From Pseudobdellovibrionaceae bacterium (GTDB lineage: Bacteria > Bdellovibrionota > Bdellovibrionia > Bdellovibrionales > UBA1609), in contig CANEZP010000012.1 of the NCBI GenBank assembly GCA_947444305.1, positions 74,010-138,009 of the forward strand: a DNA stretch of 64,000 bases. The letters run 5' to 3'. The position numbers and the translations under genes are program-made. Shown here one piece after another: positions 28,015-41,492 of the stretch. Position 1 is the first letter of the stretch. The number at the start of each line of letters is the position of its first letter. The notes under the pieces are model-generated. The model had not been told where the DNA came from. It saw nothing but the letters and a program-made list of their open reading frames with translations, and searched no databases.

Positions 28015-28084
28015 GGAAGTGGTCCCCTAAATTGATTTCGGCCAACCCTAAGTAAAAGGGACGCCGCTTAAATGGAGAATAAAA

Positions 28085-28459
28085 ATGGCTTTGCAGAAAA
28101 CTGAAGTAATCGACTTTTTGAGCAACATGCCCGTTATCGAACTGGCAAACATGATCAAAGAATTGGAAGAGAAGTGGGGCGTTAGCGCCGCTGCTCCCGT
28201 AGCTGCCGCGGGTCCTGCCGCTGCTGCCGGTGCTCCCGCTGAAGAGAAAACTGCGTTCGACGTAGTTCTCATGGAAGCCGGCGCCAACAAAATTAACGTC
28301 ATCAAAGAAGTTCGCGCTCTGACCGGCCTCGGCCTCAAAGAAGCGAAAGATCTCGTTGAAGGCGCTCCCAAGACCGTTAAAGAAGGCGTGTCGAAGGATG
28401 AAGCTGCGAAAATGAAAGACGTCCTCGTTAAAGCGGGCGCAAAAGTAGACGTTAAGTAG
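28085..28459 (+). CDS. rplL: 50S ribosomal protein L7/L12
   Basis: N-terminal dimerisation helix, Ala/Pro hinge, C-domain [28 protein letters not shown]. Confidence 0.96.
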   Translation: MALQKTEVIDFLSNMPVIELANMIKELEEKWGVSAAAPVAAAGPAAAAGAPAEEKTAFDVVLMEAGANKINVIKEVRALTGLGLKEAKDLVEGAPKTVKEGVSKDEAAKMKDVLVKAGAKVDVK

Positions 28460-28496
28460 TTTTCTACTTACGGATTTCTAATCGTTTACATACCGG

Positions 28497-28521
28497 AGCG
28501 CCTGTAAGGGCGCTTTGGGTT
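28497..28521 (+). terminator. Attenuator-type hairpin in the rplL-rpoB spacer
   Basis: AGCGCC-TGTAAG-GGCGCT followed by TTGGGTTT. A second perfect hairpin, ATGAGGGCG/CGCCCTCAT, lies near 28599-28617. Confidence 0.45.
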
Positions 28522-28712
28522 TAGGCCGGGACGAATTTTAACTCCTTGCACCTGATATTGCGAGATCGCGTAAGCGAGCTCTGATGTTCAGAAAATAAAA
28601 TGAGGGCGGCGCCCTCATTGTTGCGAAGTGTCTGGTCGGGACGAAATCCCGCGAGGACCAACGATAAAAATTGTGAGTTTATAAACTCACTATATTCAGA
28701 GGAGAGCCAAGA

Positions 28713-31700
28713 GTGAAGAACACTCCCGTTACCGCAAGCAATTTGCGCGTTCGCCGTAGTTTCGCGAAGACGCGCCATTTGATCGATATTCCGAATTTGA
28801 TCGAACTCCAGAAAAAATCTTACGAAGCCTTCCTACAAAAAGACATGGATCCGGATCGCCGCGGCGACGTGGGTCTGCAAGGCGTTTTCAAATCGGTTTT
28901 CCCGATTTCAGATTTCAACAATACCGCTAGCCTCGAGTTCGTGAGCTTCACGCTTGAGCCGGCAAAATACGACGTAGACGAGTGCCGTCAACGTGGAATG
29001 ACCTTCGCGGCGCCCATCAAGGTGACCTTGCGTTTGATCGTTTTCGACGTTGATGAAGAAACCGAAGCACGTAGCATCCGCGACGTAAAAGAGCAGGAAG
29101 TTTACCTGGGCGAAATTCCGCTCATGACTTCGAACGGCTCGTTCATCATCAATGGTACCGAACGCGTAGTCGTTTCGCAGTTGCACCGTTCACCCGGTGT
29201 GTTCTTCGATCACGACGGCGGCAAAAACAATGCTTCCGGCAAACTGATCTACTCGGCACGGGTTATCCCTTACCGTGGATCGTGGCTGGATTTCGAATTT
29301 GACCAAAAAGATTTGATTTACGTGCGTATCGATCGCCGCCGTAAATTCCCCATCACGATCTTGCTTAAAGCCCTCGGTTACACCACCGAGCAATTGCTTG
29401 AGCAGTTCTATCATATCGACTCGGTCCGCATTAAAAAAGACGGCAAAGTCACGCGCACCTTGGATATCGAGCGCATGGCCGGCCAACGGGCCATGTCCGA
29501 CATCATCGACCCGAAAACGGGCGAAGCCATCGTTAAAGCCGGCCGCCGTATCACGCGCGCCGCCGTTAAACGCGTAAAAACGATGGAACTGACCGAGATC
29601 GAAATCAACCGTGACGACCTCGAAGGTAAAGTCATCGCGAAGCCCGTCATCGACGAAAACACCGGTGAGATCATCGCCGACGTCAATACCGAGCTCTCGA
29701 TTTCGGTACTCGATAAATCACGCGAAGCCGGCATCACCGAGCTTTCCGTTATCTTCTTCGACGGTTTGGCCGTGGGTCCGTACCTGCGCAACACGTTGCT
29801 GGTCGATAAAGTAAACACCAAAGAAGAATCGCTAATCGAAATCTACAAACGTCTTCGTCCCGGCGAGCCGCCGACCCTCGAAGCCGCGACCGGTTTCTTC
29901 AAGCGCTTGTTCTTCGATCCCGAAACTTACGATCTGTCGGAAGTCGGCCGTTTGAAAATCAATCACCGTTTCTCGATCCCCTTCGAAGAAACGCCGGTTG
30001 AACATCGTACGCTGACCGAAAAAGATATTCTCTCGGTCGTTAAGACTTTGATCGACCTCAAGAACGGCCAAGGCCAGATCGACGATATCGATCACTTGGG
30101 TAACCGCCGTGTTCGTTCGGTAGGTGAGTTGCTCGAGAATCAATACCGCATCGGTTTGGTTCGTATGGAACGCGCCATCCGTGAACGTATGTCTCTGCAA
30201 GACGTAGAGACGATGATGCCGCACGATCTCGTGAACGCTAAGCCGGTTAACGCCGTCGTTAAAGAATTCTTCGGATCTTCGCAGCTCTCGCAGTTCATGG
30301 ATCAAACGAATCCTCTGTCAGAGATTACGCACAAACGCCGTCTGTCGGCCCTAGGTCCGGGTGGTTTGACCCGCGATCGCGCCGGCTTCGAAGTTCGTGA
30401 CGTACATCCGACCCACTACGGCCGGATCTGCCCGATCGAAACGCCGGAAGGACCGAACATCGGTTTGATCGCGTCGCTCGCGACCTTCGCACGCATTAAC
30501 CAGTACGGTTTTATCGAAACGCCTTACCGCAAAGTCGAAGAAGGCAAAGTCCGCGACGACATCATGTATCTGTCCGCACTCGAAGAGAGCGGTCACTACA
30601 TCGCGCAGGCCGGTAAAGACGTCGAGAACAACAAGCTGACGGTTGATCAGTCGACCGCGCGCTTCAACGGTGAATACGAACTCGTCGAAAAAGACAAAGT
30701 ATCGCTGATGGACGTTAGTCCCTCGCAGCTCGTCTCGATCGCCGCTTCGCTCATTCCGTTCCTTGAGCACGATGATGCTAACCGCGCCCTGATGGGTTCG
30801 AACATGCAACGTCAGGCCGTTCCGCTCTTGAAATCACGCGCTCCGCTCGTCGGAACGGGTGTTGAACGCTTGGTTGCTCGCGATTCGGGTACCTCGGTCG
30901 TTTGCACGAACGACGGCGTGGTCGAAGAAGTCGACGCTTCCCGCGTGGTGGTTCGCCGCTACGCTAAAGGCGGCGAGCTCGGCGCGAACGTAGATATCTA
31001 CAATTTGATTAAGTATCAGCGCACCAACCAGAACACCTGCTTCAACCAGAAGCCGATCGTTCAAGTCGGTGACCGCGTAAAAAGAAACGACGTCATCGCC
31101 GATGGTCCGTCGACCGAACTTGGTGAATTGGCCCTTGGTCAAAACATCCTGGTCGCGTTCACGCCTTGGCAAGGTTACAACTTCGAGGATTCGATCTTGA
31201 TCTCTGAGCGTTTGCTCAAAGACGACGTTTACACGTCGGTTCACATCGAAGAATTCGAGTGCGTTGCCCGTGACACCAAGCTCGGCAAAGAAGAGATCTC
31301 GCGCGATATCGCCAACGTCGGTGAAGAAGCGCTTAAGGATCTCGATAATTCCGGGATCATCCGCATCGGTGCCGAAGTTAAGCCCGGTGACATCTTGGTC
31401 GGTAAAGTCACTCCGAAAGGCGAGACTCAGCTTTCGCCCGAAGAAAAACTGCTCCGCGCCATCTTCGGTGAAAAAGCCGGCGACGTTCGCGACACGTCTC
31501 TACGTGTACCGTCTGGCGTATCGGGTACCGTCATCGACGCGCAAGTTTACTCGCGCGAAGCTTCGGACCGTGACGAACGTTTGCAGTCGATCATCGAACA
31601 AAAACGTAAGAAACTTGAAAAAGATTACGGCGTTGAACAGAACGTTATTAAGAACAACGCCCTCGATAAACTTAAAGACGTCTTGATCGGCAAGATCACG

Positions 31701-33002
31701 ACGGGCGTATTGTTGAGCGAAGACGGTTCTGAAAAATTGCTCTCCAAAGGTCAAACCATCAAAGGTGAAGATCTCGAGACGATTCCTTTCGAATTGTTGA
31801 GCTACGTGCCCTTGGATTCCGAACTCGAATTCCAAGTTCAACGTATCGTCGACGGCGCACGTAACCAGTTGGATGCCGTGAAAATGGTCTTCAACGAAAA
31901 GATCGACCGCCTCACCAAGGGTGATGAACTTCCCCCCGGCGTGATCAAGATGGTCAAAGTTTACGTCGCGATTAAACGCAAAATGCAAGTCGGTGATAAA
32001 TTCGCCGGCCGTCACGGAAACAAAGGGGTTATCTCGAAGGTTCTTCCCGTCGAAGATATGCCTTACCTCGCCGACGGAACCGCCGTCGACATGGTCTTGA
32101 ATCCGCTGGGCGTTCCTTCGCGTATGAACATCGGTCAGATTTTGGAAGTGCATTTGGGCTGGGCCGCTTTAGGTCTGGGCCGTCAACTTGAAGAGCACAT
32201 CGAAGACTTCAAAGCCGAAGAAGTGCGTAAGAAGTTGGTCGACACTTTCCAAGAAGACACCGACATCGTCGAGCAGGTCACTAACGCCGATGACGAATCG
32301 ATCAAGAAGATGATCCGCCGTATGAAAGACGGAGTCCACGTGGCGACTCCCGTATTCGACGGCGCCAAAGAGAGCGACGTTAAAGCCCTTCTTAAGCGCG
32401 CGAAGTTGCCGCTTTCGGGTCAGACGGTGCTCTTCGACGGACGTAGCGGTGAGCCTTTCCAAACGGCGGTGACGGTGGGCGTGATGTACATGCTCAAGCT
32501 GCATCACTTGGTCGAAGAGAAGATTCACGCACGGTCCATCGGTCCATACTCACTCGTTTCGCAGCAGCCCCTGGGCGGTAAAGCACAGTTCGGTGGTCAG
32601 CGTTTAGGAGAGATGGAAGTTTGGGCGATCGAAGCCTACGGTGCCGCGTACAGCTTGCAGGAATTCCTCACGGTTAAGTCAGATGACGTGGCCGGAAGAA
32701 CCCGCATGTACGAAAGCATCGTCAAAGGCGAGAACGTCTTGGAACCCGGATTGCCCGAATCGTTCAACGTTTTGGTGAAAGAGCTCCAGTCGCTCGCGCT
32801 AAACGTCGAGCTGATGGAATCGGATATCCTGACCGAGCAACCGCACAACTTGGTGGACGAGAACCCCGCGTCGGCAAATGCCGCCTCGAACGGTGCGCCC
32901 ACGCAAAATGCGGGCGCCGCAACGGCCAGCACCAGTTCGACCCCGGCTCCGGCCGCGGACGAACCGGCAAGCACGACCGTTTCGGAGACTCCGCCGAACT
33001 AG
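28713..33002 (+). CDS. rpoB: DNA-directed RNA polymerase beta subunit
   Basis: 1429 aa, GTG start after GAGGAG. Collinear RpoB conserved regions. About 60-aa A/S/T/P-rich C-terminal tail. Confidence 0.97.
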   Translation: MKNTPVTASNLRVRRSFAKTRHLIDIPNLIELQKKSYEAFLQKDMDPDRRGDVGLQGVFKSVFPISDFNNTASLEFVSFTLEPAKYDVDECRQRGMTFAAPIKVTLRLIVFDVDEETEARSIRDVKEQEVYLGEIPLMTSNGSFIINGTERVVVSQLHRSPGVFFDHDGGKNNASGKLIYSARVIPYRGSWLDFEFDQKDLIYVRIDRRRKFPITILLKALGYTTEQLLEQFYHIDSVRIKKDGKVTRTLDIERMAGQRAMSDIIDPKTGEAIVKAGRRITRAAVKRVKTMELTEIEINRDDLEGKVIAKPVIDENTGEIIADVNTELSISVLDKSREAGITELSVIFFDGLAVGPYLRNTLLVDKVNTKEESLIEIYKRLRPGEPPTLEAATGFFKRLFFDPETYDLSEVGRLKINHRFSIPFEETPVEHRTLTEKDILSVVKTLIDLKNGQGQIDDIDHLGNRRVRSVGELLENQYRIGLVRMERAIRERMSLQDVETMMPHDLVNAKPVNAVVKEFFGSSQLSQFMDQTNPLSEITHKRRLSALGPGGLTRDRAGFEVRDVHPTHYGRICPIETPEGPNIGLIASLATFARINQYGFIETPYRKVEEGKVRDDIMYLSALEESGHYIAQAGKDVENNKLTVDQSTARFNGEYELVEKDKVSLMDVSPSQLVSIAASLIPFLEHDDANRALMGSNMQRQAVPLLKSRAPLVGTGVERLVARDSGTSVVCTNDGVVEEVDASRVVVRRYAKGGELGANVDIYNLIKYQRTNQNTCFNQKPIVQVGDRVKRNDVIADGPSTELGELALGQNILVAFTPWQGYNFEDSILISERLLKDDVYTSVHIEEFECVARDTKLGKEEISRDIANVGEEALKDLDNSGIIRIGAEVKPGDILVGKVTPKGETQLSPEEKLLRAIFGEKAGDVRDTSLRVPSGVSGTVIDAQVYSREASDRDERLQSIIEQKRKKLEKDYGVEQNVIKNNALDKLKDVLIGKITTGVLLSEDGSEKLLSKGQTIKGEDLETIPFELLSYVPLDSELEFQVQRIVDGARNQLDAVKMVFNEKIDRLTKGDELPPGVIKMVKVYVAIKRKMQVGDKFAGRHGNKGVISKVLPVEDMPYLADGTAVDMVLNPLGVPSRMNIGQILEVHLGWAALGLGRQLEEHIEDFKAEEVRKKLVDTFQEDTDIVEQVTNADDESIKKMIRRMKDGVHVATPVFDGAKESDVKALLKRAKLPLSGQTVLFDGRSGEPFQTAVTVGVMYMLKLHHLVEEKIHARSIGPYSLVSQQPLGGKAQFGGQRLGEMEVWAIEAYGAAYSLQEFLTVKSDDVAGRTRMYESIVKGENVLEPGLPESFNVLVKELQSLALNVELMESDILTEQPHNLVDENPASANAASNGAPTQNAGAATASTSSTPAPAADEPASTTVSETPPN

Positions 33003-33095
33003 CTTGATATTGCGGGCGGTTGTTTGAAGTGTTTTTGTTTTTAAATTTATTGAGGACCGCGACCAAGCGGCCCGCGATATAAAGTAGGAGTTAGC

Positions 33096-36000
33096 TTGAA
33101 AGATTTATTAAATTTTTTCGATAAACCCAAAGATCCGCTATCATTCGATGCCGTCCGCATTTCGCTGGCCAGCCCCGAGATGATCCGCGAGTGGTCTTTC
33201 GGCGAAGTGAAGAAGCCCGAAACCATCAACTACCGCACGTTCAAGCCCGAACGCGACGGTTTGTTCTGCGCGAAGATCTTCGGTCCCATTAAGGATTACG
33301 AATGTCTCTGCGGCAAATACAAGCGCATGAAATATCGCGGCGTTATCTGCGAAAAGTGCGGCGTTGAAGTTACGCAAACCAAAGTTCGCCGTGAACGTCT
33401 AGGCCACATCGAGTTGGCGACGCCCGTTGCGCACATCTGGTTCTTGCGCTCGTTGCCGTCACGTATCGGTAACTTGCTCGACATGTCTTTGAAAGACGTC
33501 GAACGCGTACTTTACTGCGAAGCCTACATCGTGACCGATCCGATGGACACGCCCTTGATCGAAGGCCAAATCTTGCCTGAAGAAGCGTACCAAAATGCGC
33601 TCGGCGAGTACGGGCCGAACTTCAAGGCCGCCATGGGCGGTGACGCCGTTCGCGAAATCTTGCGCAAAGTCGATCCCGATTTCTTGTCGCGTAAACTCCG
33701 CTTGGAATTGAAAGAAACCAAGTCCGAGGCGCAGATCAAGAAATTGACCAAGCGTTTGAAAGTCGTCGAGGCCTTCAAAAATTCGATCAACAAGCCCGAG
33801 TGGATGATGCTGGAAGTTGTTCCCGTAATTCCGCCGGATTTGCGCCCGCTCGTTCCTTTGGACGGTGGGAGATTTGCGACTTCAGATCTGAACGATCTGT
33901 ACCGCCGCGTGATCAACCGTAACAATCGCTTGAAACGCCTCCAAGAACTGAACGCGCCCGACATCATCATCCGTAACGAAAAACGCATGCTTCAAGAAGC
34001 CGTTGATGCGTTGCTCGATAACGGCCGTCGCGGCAAGACCTTCACCGGTCCGAACAAACGCCCCCTACGTTCTTTGAGCGATATGCTTAAAGGTAAGCAA
34101 GGTCGTTTCCGTCAGAATTTGCTCGGTAAACGGGTGGATTACTCCGGTCGTTCGGTTATCGTCGTCGGTCCGAACTTGAAATTGCACCAGTGCGGTCTTC
34201 CCAAGAAGATGGCGCTCGAGCTCTTCAAGCCCTTCGTTTACAACAAGCTCGAAGAAAAAGGTTTCGCGACCACGATCAAGCAAGCCAAGAAATTGGTTGA
34301 GACCGAGTCGGTTGAAGTTTGGGATATCCTGTCCGACGTCGTGAAAGAGCACCCGGTCATGCTGAACCGCGCGCCTACCTTGCACAGACTCGGGATCCAA
34401 GCTTTCGAACCCTCGTTGCACGAAGGTAAAGCGATCCAGTTGCATCCGCTCGTTTGTACGGCGTTCAACGCCGATTTCGACGGCGATCAAATGGCCGTTC
34501 ACGTACCCTTGTCTATCGAAGCGCAAGTTGAAGCGCGCGTCTTGATGATGTCGACCAACAACATCTTGTCGCCCGCCAACGGTAAACCGATCATCAATCC
34601 CACTCAGGATATCGTCCTCGGGATTTACTGGATGACCCGCGTTCGCCCGGGCGCCAAAGGCACCAAGCGCATCTTCGGATCCGTGCAAGAAATCTTGTAC
34701 GCTTACGACAACGGTCACGTTGATCTGCAAGCCGCGATCAAGTGTCGCGTCAACGGCAAGCTCGAAGAGACTTCCGTAGGCCGCGCCATCTTGGCCGACA
34801 TCGTTCCCCACGAAGTTCCGTTCGATACCGTGAACAAAGTGATGAACAAAAAAGGCATGGCCGATTTGATCGACCGCACCTTCCGTCTTGCGGGTGCTAA
34901 AGCAACCGTTATCCTCGCGGATAAATTGATGGAACTCGGTTTCACTTACTCGACCCAAGCCGGTATCTCGATCTGCGTGGATGATCTCCACATTCCGAAG
35001 CAAAAAGCCAACATGCTCGGCGACGCTTCGAACCAGGTTCAAGAGATCCGTAACCAGTACGACGAAGGTTTGATCACCGACGGGGAACGTTACAACAAAG
35101 TCGTGGATATCTGGGCTCAATGCGCCGACAAAGTCGCGAAAGAGATGATGCAACATCTCGAGAAGCAACAGTTTGTCGTCGACGGCAAACAGGTTGAAAG
35201 CGCAAGCTTCAACCCGATCTTCATCATGGCCGATTCAGGCGCGCGGGGTTCCGCGGCTCAGATCCGTCAGTTGGCCGGCATGCGCGGTCTGATGGCGAAA
35301 CCGTCGGGCGAAATTATCGAAACGCCGATCACCGCGAATTTCCGCGAAGGTCTCTCGGTTCTCGAGTACTTCATCTCGACTCACGGAGCGCGTAAAGGTT
35401 TGGCCGATACCGCTTTGAAAACGGCGAACTCAGGTTACCTGACCCGTCGTCTGGTCGACGTGGCTCAAGATATCGTCATTACCGAGCTTGATTGCGGCAT
35501 CACTCCCGGGATGGAAATCCGTCCGTTGATGGAAGGCGGCGAAATCATTCAGCCGCTCGGCGATCGTATCCTTGGCCGTACGGCCAACGAAGATGTCGTC
35601 GACCCGAACTCGGGCGAAGTGATCTGTAAAGCTAACGACGAAGTGAACGAGCGCGTTGTACGTAAAGTCGACGAACTCGGGATCGACAAAGTCATGATCC
35701 GCTCGACGCTGACTTGCAAAACCCGCCGCGGTGTTTGCGTGAAGTGTTACGGCCGCGATCTTTCGCGCGGTTCGACGGTCAACATGGGCGAAGCGGTCGG
35801 TATTATCGCCGCTCAGTCCATCGGTGAACCCGGTACCCAGCTCACCATGCGTACGTTCCACTTAGGTGGTGCGGCTTCACGCGCGGTCGAACAATCGGTG
35901 CACACCGCTCGTTACGACGGCCGTCTGAAATTCAAAGACACGCAAATGGTCGCGAACAAATCAGGATCCGTAACGGTATTGAACCGTAACGGTGAAATGA

Positions 36001-37229
36001 TCATCGTCGATTCCTCGGGCCGCGAACGCGACTCGATGAAATTGGTTTACGGTGCGATCCTTCGCTTTAAAGAGGGCGACGAAGTTAAACGCGGAGACGT
36101 TTTGGCCGAGTGGGATCCCTACTCGAATCCGATCGTTGCCGATTTGACCGGCGTCATTCAGTACCAAGACATCGAAGAGGGTGTCACGATGACGGAACAA
36201 GTCGATGCCGTGACGGGATTCGCCACTAAGGTGATTTCCGAAAGCAAAGGCGCCGACAACAAGCCGACCGTTTTGATTACCGACAGCACGGGCAAACTGC
36301 TCGATCTTCCGAACCGCACGGTTCCTTGCCGCTACGTCATCCCGGTGGGAGCGCAGCTGCTCGTCAGCGACGGTCAAGAAGTGCACGCCGGCGATTTCAT
36401 CGCGAAGATTCACCGCGAAACTTCGAAAACCCGCGACATCACGGGCGGTCTGCCGCGCGTTGCCGAGTTGTTCGAAGCGCGTAAGCCGAAAGAAGCGGCC
36501 ATCATTTCCGAGATCGACGGTTACGTCACTTTCGGTAAAGACGTTAAAGGTAAACAGCGCGTGATCGTCACTCCCGAAGTCGGCGAACAGCGTGAATACC
36601 TCATCCCGAAAGGGAAACACGTCGCGGTTCGCGAGGGCGAATTCGTTCGTGCCGGTGAAGCATTGATGGATGGTCCGTCGAACCCGCACGACATTTTGCG
36701 TGTTCTCGGTGATCGCGCCTTGTCGGCTTACCTCGTGAACGAAATTCAAGAGGTTTACCGTCTCCAAGGTGTGGGCATTAACGATAAGCACATCGAAGTC
36801 ATCGTGCGGAACATGCTCCGTAAAGTTGAAGTTTCCGACCCGGGCGACAGCCGCTTTTTGGCGGGCGAACAGGTTGAACGCTTCGAATTGGCCGATGAGA
36901 GCGAAAAGGTTGCGAAAGAAGGCGGACGTCCGCCGGTCATCGAACCCTTGTTGCTTGGTATCACCAAAGTTTCGTTGAGCACCGATTCCTGGATTTCCGC
37001 GGCATCCTTCCAAGAAACCACCAAGGTTTTGACCGAGGCGGCCGTGAATTCCAAGACCGATGGCTTGCGCGGCTTAAAAGAGAACATCATCATGGGCCGT
37101 CTCGTTCCCGCAGGAACGGGCTTGGGCGCGTACAAACGCTGGAAGGTCATCGTCGAAGACGAAGAAGCTTCTTCCTCGTCATTCCTCCCCGGAACCGGAG
37201 CGACCGCTCCGAACTACGGGCTGAACTAA
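33096..37229 (+). CDS. rpoC: DNA-directed RNA polymerase beta' subunit
   Basis: 1377 aa, TTG start after AGGAG. Zn finger [20 protein letters not shown] and catalytic NADFDGD. Confidence 0.97.
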   Translation: MKDLLNFFDKPKDPLSFDAVRISLASPEMIREWSFGEVKKPETINYRTFKPERDGLFCAKIFGPIKDYECLCGKYKRMKYRGVICEKCGVEVTQTKVRRERLGHIELATPVAHIWFLRSLPSRIGNLLDMSLKDVERVLYCEAYIVTDPMDTPLIEGQILPEEAYQNALGEYGPNFKAAMGGDAVREILRKVDPDFLSRKLRLELKETKSEAQIKKLTKRLKVVEAFKNSINKPEWMMLEVVPVIPPDLRPLVPLDGGRFATSDLNDLYRRVINRNNRLKRLQELNAPDIIIRNEKRMLQEAVDALLDNGRRGKTFTGPNKRPLRSLSDMLKGKQGRFRQNLLGKRVDYSGRSVIVVGPNLKLHQCGLPKKMALELFKPFVYNKLEEKGFATTIKQAKKLVETESVEVWDILSDVVKEHPVMLNRAPTLHRLGIQAFEPSLHEGKAIQLHPLVCTAFNADFDGDQMAVHVPLSIEAQVEARVLMMSTNNILSPANGKPIINPTQDIVLGIYWMTRVRPGAKGTKRIFGSVQEILYAYDNGHVDLQAAIKCRVNGKLEETSVGRAILADIVPHEVPFDTVNKVMNKKGMADLIDRTFRLAGAKATVILADKLMELGFTYSTQAGISICVDDLHIPKQKANMLGDASNQVQEIRNQYDEGLITDGERYNKVVDIWAQCADKVAKEMMQHLEKQQFVVDGKQVESASFNPIFIMADSGARGSAAQIRQLAGMRGLMAKPSGEIIETPITANFREGLSVLEYFISTHGARKGLADTALKTANSGYLTRRLVDVAQDIVITELDCGITPGMEIRPLMEGGEIIQPLGDRILGRTANEDVVDPNSGEVICKANDEVNERVVRKVDELGIDKVMIRSTLTCKTRRGVCVKCYGRDLSRGSTVNMGEAVGIIAAQSIGEPGTQLTMRTFHLGGAASRAVEQSVHTARYDGRLKFKDTQMVANKSGSVTVLNRNGEMIIVDSSGRERDSMKLVYGAILRFKEGDEVKRGDVLAEWDPYSNPIVADLTGVIQYQDIEEGVTMTEQVDAVTGFATKVISESKGADNKPTVLITDSTGKLLDLPNRTVPCRYVIPVGAQLLVSDGQEVHAGDFIAKIHRETSKTRDITGGLPRVAELFEARKPKEAAIISEIDGYVTFGKDVKGKQRVIVTPEVGEQREYLIPKGKHVAVREGEFVRAGEALMDGPSNPHDILRVLGDRALSAYLVNEIQEVYRLQGVGINDKHIEVIVRNMLRKVEVSDPGDSRFLAGEQVERFELADESEKVAKEGGRPPVIEPLLLGITKVSLSTDSWISAASFQETTKVLTEAAVNSKTDGLRGLKENIIMGRLVPAGTGLGAYKRWKVIVEDEEASSSSFLPGTGATAPNYGLN

Positions 37230-37242
37230 TCTAGATCGTTAA

Positions 37243-37299
37243 AAAACCGCGGGCGACCGCGGTTTTGATAGGACAAACCGCGCTTTTCGCGCGGTTTGT
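37243..37299 (+). terminator. Tandem rho-independent terminators after rpoC
   Basis: AAAACCGCGG-GCGA-CCGCGGTTTT (37243-37266), then ACAAACCGCGC-TTTTC-GCGCGGTTTGT (37273-37299) followed by ATTT. Confidence 0.8.
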
Positions 37300-37301
37300 A
37301 T

Positions 37302-37329
37302 TTGACGGACGCTGCCGGGTGACTATAAC
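37302..37329 (+). promoter_or_regulatory. Candidate sigma-70 promoter of the str operon
   Basis: TTGACG, 16-nt spacer, TATAAC, about 75 nt upstream of rpsL. Confidence 0.45.
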
Positions 37330-37402
37330 TTCGGCGGTTCCGAAAGCTGAAAAAAGCGTTTTTTGATAGAAACGCGCAATATTCAAAGGATGTTTGCCGA
37401 AT

Positions 37403-37777
37403 ATGCCAACGATTAACCAACTGATTCGCCGGTCGCGCCAGGCTTCTAAAGACAAGACGAAATCTCCCGCGCTGGATTCCTGCCCGCAAAGACGTGGCGT
37501 TTGCACTCGCGTTTACACAACCACTCCTAAGAAGCCTAACTCGGCTCTACGTAAAGTGGCTAAAGTCCGTTTAAGCAACGGCTTCGAAGTTATCTCGTAC
37601 ATTCCTGGCGTTGGTCACAACCTGCAAGAACACAGCGTTGTTTTGATCCGCGGTGGCCGTGTTAAAGATCTTCCGGGTGTTCGTTACCACATCGTTCGCG
37701 GTGTCCTCGATACCCAAGGTGTGAACGGACGTTTGAACAGCCGCTCTAAATACGGCACTAAGAAGCCTAAAAAATAG
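37403..37777 (+). CDS. rpsL: 30S ribosomal protein S12
   Basis: MPTINQLIR...[12 protein letters not shown]..; ATG at 37403 (the ORF track starts 9 nt earlier). Confidence 0.96.
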   Translation: MPTINQLIRRSRQASKDKTKSPALDSCPQRRGVCTRVYTTTPKKPNSALRKVAKVRLSNGFEVISYIPGVGHNLQEHSVVLIRGGRVKDLPGVRYHIVRGVLDTQGVNGRLNSRSKYGTKKPKK

Positions 37778-37822
37778 ATTAATTTCGCGGGACCGATGTT
37801 TCGGTCCTTCTAAAGGAAAAAC

Positions 37823-38296
37823 ATGTCGCGCAGAAAAACAGCCGCAAAAAGAGAAATCCTTCCCGATCCCGTATACAACGATTTGATCGTTGCGAAGTTC
37901 GTGAACAAAATGATGATCCAAGGCAAGAAGAGCAAAGCTTACTCTTCGGTTTACGGTGCCCTCGATCAACTCCGCGAAAAAGTCACCGGCGAAGAGCCCT
38001 TGACCGTTTTCAAAAAAGCTCTCGAAAATTGCAAACCGAACCTCGAAGTTCGCAGCCGCCGCGTCGGTGGTGCGACTTACCAAGTTCCCGTCGACGTTCG
38101 TCCCTCGCGCCGTTTGGCGTTGGCGATGAAATGGTTGATCGATTACTCGCGTGAGCGCGGTGAAAAATCGATGGCCACTCGCTTGTCGGGTGAACTCGCC
38201 GATGCGTACGCCAACCGCGGCAACGCCATTAAGAAAAAAGAAGACGTTCACCGTATGGCCGAAGCCAACAAGGCTTTCTCGCACTACAACTGGTAA
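37823..38296 (+). CDS. rpsG: 30S ribosomal protein S7
   Basis: [19 protein letters not shown]... and the remaining S7 sequence. Confidence 0.96.
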   Translation: MSRRKTAAKREILPDPVYNDLIVAKFVNKMMIQGKKSKAYSSVYGALDQLREKVTGEEPLTVFKKALENCKPNLEVRSRRVGGATYQVPVDVRPSRRLALAMKWLIDYSRERGEKSMATRLSGELADAYANRGNAIKKKEDVHRMAEANKAFSHYNW

Positions 38297-38303
38297 ACGA
38301 ACG

Positions 38304-38327
38304 AAAGGCCCGGCAACGGGCCTTTTG
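38304..38327 (+). terminator. Rho-independent terminator immediately after rpsG
   Basis: AAAGGCCCG-GCAA-CGGGCCTTT followed by T. A second hairpin, GAGAGGACC...GGTCCTCT, follows at 38333-38357. Confidence 0.7.
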
Positions 38328-38390
38328 ACTTTGAGAGGACCTTGGCTGAGGTCCTCTGACATAGAATCAACGGTTTGAGGGGAGAACCGC

Positions 38391-39218
38391 ATGATCTCAT
38401 TTGTTATTTATCTTATCGTGGGGTTCACGAGCGCAAAGGCCGAAACGGCTTGCGGCTTCGCCCAGACCGTCCACGCTCCCTATCCCATCGCCGAAGTTGA
38501 AATGATCTCACGGGTCGATTCCGTTGGCCTCTGGCGCGGTGGTGACGTCGTTCTCAACCCTTGGATCGAGATCAGCCCCAGCGCTTACCTCGGCGTCGAC
38601 AAGCAGGGGCGGGTACTCAACGTCATCAAGCTTAAAGACCGGAACGTGGGCTTCCTCCTGAGTGGGGATCGCAACATCAAAGATCTATTTTTTCACGCTC
38701 CGGGGCACTTGCTCGCCATAGACGCAAAAGGCGAACTGCTTCAATACAAACAATCCGATTGGGAAAAGCACTCGATCCGCGAGATCATCGCGAACTCGGG
38801 CTTAAATTTCGCGACGACCATGTGCGCGTCGGGACTGGCGCTGATCTCTTATCACTGGCTAAGCGGCGTTTCGCTTGATTCTCTGGAAGTCGTGATGTCA
38901 CTCGGTTTAGCCGGCGTAGCCTCGCTCATGGCCGAAGGCTTTCGCGGTGCCATTTCGTTTGAAAAACAAAATGAGATGACCGACGGATTTACCCCGGTGC
39001 ACGTGAAGCTCGAAGGCTTCCGGCACTCGCGCTTTATCTACGCCGCCGACGGCACAATTACCGATTACATGATCAAAGGCCGTAAAGGGGAGCAGTCCCT
39101 GAACACGCTCGCGAAATCGGCGCTGCTCGCGACCACCGTAACGACGTTCGATAAAACGTGCGCGCACGACCTTCTTGCGCGCGGCAATCCTCCGAAGAAT
39201 TACGAGCCGCAATTCTAA
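38391..39218 (+). CDS. Orphan hypothetical membrane or secreted protein inserted between rpsG and fusA
   Basis: 275-aa ORF. N-terminal signal-like helix ([17 protein letters not shown]) and two central hydrophobic helices ([21 protein letters not shown]; [18 protein letters not shown]). No recognisable domain. Confidence 0.55.
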   Translation: MISFVIYLIVGFTSAKAETACGFAQTVHAPYPIAEVEMISRVDSVGLWRGGDVVLNPWIEISPSAYLGVDKQGRVLNVIKLKDRNVGFLLSGDRNIKDLFFHAPGHLLAIDAKGELLQYKQSDWEKHSIREIIANSGLNFATTMCASGLALISYHWLSGVSLDSLEVVMSLGLAGVASLMAEGFRGAISFEKQNEMTDGFTPVHVKLEGFRHSRFIYAADGTITDYMIKGRKGEQSLNTLAKSALLATTVTTFDKTCAHDLLARGNPPKNYEPQF

Positions 39219-39283
39219 GTGGTTGCGCGCTCTTAAATCCGTTATGGACATGGCCGATTTTTTGCCCGATAACGAAATCAGCC

Positions 39284-41374
39284 ATGAGCATCCAAGATCC
39301 CCAAAAATTAGAAGAGCTGCGATTTACCCGTAACATCGGCATTATGGCCCATATCGACGCGGGCAAAACCACGACGACCGAACGGATATTGTTCTACACC
39401 GGCAAAACCCACCGCATGGGCGAAGTGCACGACGGTGACACCACTATGGATTGGATGGAGCAAGAACAAGAGCGCGGGATCACGATCACCGCCGCGGCCA
39501 CCACTTGTTTTTGGAAAGATCATCGCATCAACATCATCGATACCCCGGGGCACGTCGACTTCACGATCGAGGTTGAACGGTCCTTACGCGTGCTCGACGG
39601 CGCGGTTGCGGTATTCGACGGAGTCAACGGCGTCGAACCGCAAAGCGAAACGGTCTGGCGCCAGGCTAATAAATATAAAGTCCCCCGCATCTGCTTTATC
39701 AACAAGATGGATCGTATCGGCGCCGACTTCGAAATGTCGGTCGAGACGATTCGCGAAAAGCTCGGCGCGCGCCCGATTCCCGTTCAGTATCCGATCGGCG
39801 CCGAAGACAACTTCCTCGGCGTCGTCGACCTCATCGAAAATACGGCGATGGTATGGCGTGATGACAAAGGCGAAAAGCAAGAGGTCACCGATGTGCCGGA
39901 TGATCTCGTCAAACGCGTGGCTTACTTCCGTGAGCAAATGGTCGAAGCCGCGTGCGAGGGCGACGACGAGCTCATGAACAAATATTTGAACGGCGAGGCC
40001 CTCACGCCCGACGAAATCCGCCGCGGATTGCGCGCGGCTACGCTGGCGCTAACTATAAATCCTGTCTACTGCGGCAGTGCTTTCAAAAACAAAGGCGTTC
40101 AACCGCTGCTTGATGGCGTGCTCGCTTATCTCCCGAGCCCGCTTGAAGTTCCACCGATTGAAGGCAAAGACCCCTCGCGCGAAGACAAAGTCATTCCGGT
40201 GAAAACAGATTTCGAAGCGCCGACCGCGGCGCTCGCGTTTAAGATCGCCTCCGACGCCTTTGCGGGCAGCCTAACATTCTTGCGCGTTTACTCCGGCATC
40301 GTAAAAGCCGGTGAGACTCTGCTCAATCCTCGCACGAATAAACGCGAACGCATTCAGCGCCTGGTTCGTATGCACGCCAACACGCGCATCGAAATTCAAG
40401 AGCTACGCGCGGGCGACATCGGCGCGGCCATCGGTCTCAAATTTAGCGGCACGGGCGACACGCTCTGTGACCAAAAGCATCCCGTCGTGCTCGAGACCAT
40501 CACCTTCCCCGAGCCCGTAATATCCATCGCGATCGAAGCCAAATCCGCGGCGGACCAAGACAAAATGGTCGCGGGACTCGAGCGCCTGCAGCAAGAAGAT
40601 CCATCGGCGAAGGTTCGCATCGACGCCGAAAGCGGGCAGATGCTCCTTTCCGGAATGGGCGAATTGCACGTCGAAATCTTAATCGATCGTTTGCTGCGCG
40701 AGTACAAAGTGAAAGCAAACATCGGGCGGCCGCAAGTTTCTTACCGTGAGGCCATCACCAGTAGCGCACAAGGCCATGGCGCGTTCGAGCGGGAAGTCGC
40801 CGGCGACAAGCAGTACGCCGAAGTCACGCTCAAGATCGAGCCCAAAGCGGTCGAGACGGGGATCGTCTTCGATGCCAAATCTACCGCCGGGATCGATCCG
40901 GATTTTGTAAAAGCCATCAAGAGCGGCGCACTGGAAGCGGCCGACGTCGGCGTTCTTGCCGGCTACCCGTTGATGGGCGTGCAAGTCTCTCTCGTGAACC
41001 TGAAAACACGCGATAAAGAATCGACCGAAATCGCCTTCAAGGTAGCTTCGAGCCAAGCCTTGCGTGAGGCCCTCAAGAGCGTGAAATCACAGCTGTTAGA
41101 GCCCGTTTTCAAGCTCGAGATTTTTACCCCCGAGGATTTCATGGGGACGGTCATCGGCGACCTAAATTCACGCCGTGGCAAAGTGCACTCGATGGTACCC
41201 AAACCGGGTGGTCAGCTCATACAAGCCGAAGCGCCCCTAGCCGCACTTTTTGGCTACGCGACGGACATCCGCTCGCTCAGTCAGGGCAGGGCGAGTTTCA
41301 GTATGGAATTCCAGCAGTATTCACCCGTGGCGCCCAAAGTTGAGGCCGAAATTTTAAACAAATTAGGCCGCTAA
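39284..41374 (+). CDS. fusA: Elongation factor G
   Basis: ATG at 39284 gives [40 protein letters not shown]. The ORF-track start at 39158 would overlap the orphan gene. Confidence 0.95.
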   Translation: MSIQDPQKLEELRFTRNIGIMAHIDAGKTTTTERILFYTGKTHRMGEVHDGDTTMDWMEQEQERGITITAAATTCFWKDHRINIIDTPGHVDFTIEVERSLRVLDGAVAVFDGVNGVEPQSETVWRQANKYKVPRICFINKMDRIGADFEMSVETIREKLGARPIPVQYPIGAEDNFLGVVDLIENTAMVWRDDKGEKQEVTDVPDDLVKRVAYFREQMVEAACEGDDELMNKYLNGEALTPDEIRRGLRAATLALTINPVYCGSAFKNKGVQPLLDGVLAYLPSPLEVPPIEGKDPSREDKVIPVKTDFEAPTAALAFKIASDAFAGSLTFLRVYSGIVKAGETLLNPRTNKRERIQRLVRMHANTRIEIQELRAGDIGAAIGLKFSGTGDTLCDQKHPVVLETITFPEPVISIAIEAKSAADQDKMVAGLERLQQEDPSAKVRIDAESGQMLLSGMGELHVEILIDRLLREYKVKANIGRPQVSYREAITSSAQGHGAFEREVAGDKQYAEVTLKIEPKAVETGIVFDAKSTAGIDPDFVKAIKSGALEAADVGVLAGYPLMGVQVSLVNLKTRDKESTEIAFKVASSQALREALKSVKSQLLEPVFKLEIFTPEDFMGTVIGDLNSRRGKVHSMVPKPGGQLIQAEAPLAALFGYATDIRSLSQGRASFSMEFQQYSPVAPKVEAEILNKLGR

Positions 41375-41463
41375 ATCCGGGTCGATTCCCCTCGGCCGGA
41401 GGCCCGCTTTGGGCGCGACTTCGGCGCACTTCAACAAGCCTTCGAAATTCCTCTATTTTCTTT

Positions 41464-41492
41464 TTGACAGGCCCACCTCACTAACGCATTAT
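41464..41492 (+). promoter_or_regulatory. Candidate sigma-70 promoter of the S10 operon
   Basis: TTGACA, 17-nt spacer, CATTAT, with a T-rich upstream tract. Would give a leader of about 215 nt before rpsJ. Confidence 0.45.

Noticed and set aside
28908-37150. Many antisense or out-of-frame ORFs (60-370 aa) inside rpoB and rpoC, and likewise inside clpB, fusA, tuf, proS and the kinase gene
   Set aside because: These are typical long shadow ORFs of GC-rich coding sequence. They are fully embedded in strongly supported conserved genes and have no independent signals.
39158-39283. N-terminal extension of the fusA ORF (start at 39158)
   Set aside because: It would overlap the orphan gene by 61 nt, and the extension has no EF-G similarity. 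The ATG at 39284 reproduces the canonical EF-G N-terminus.
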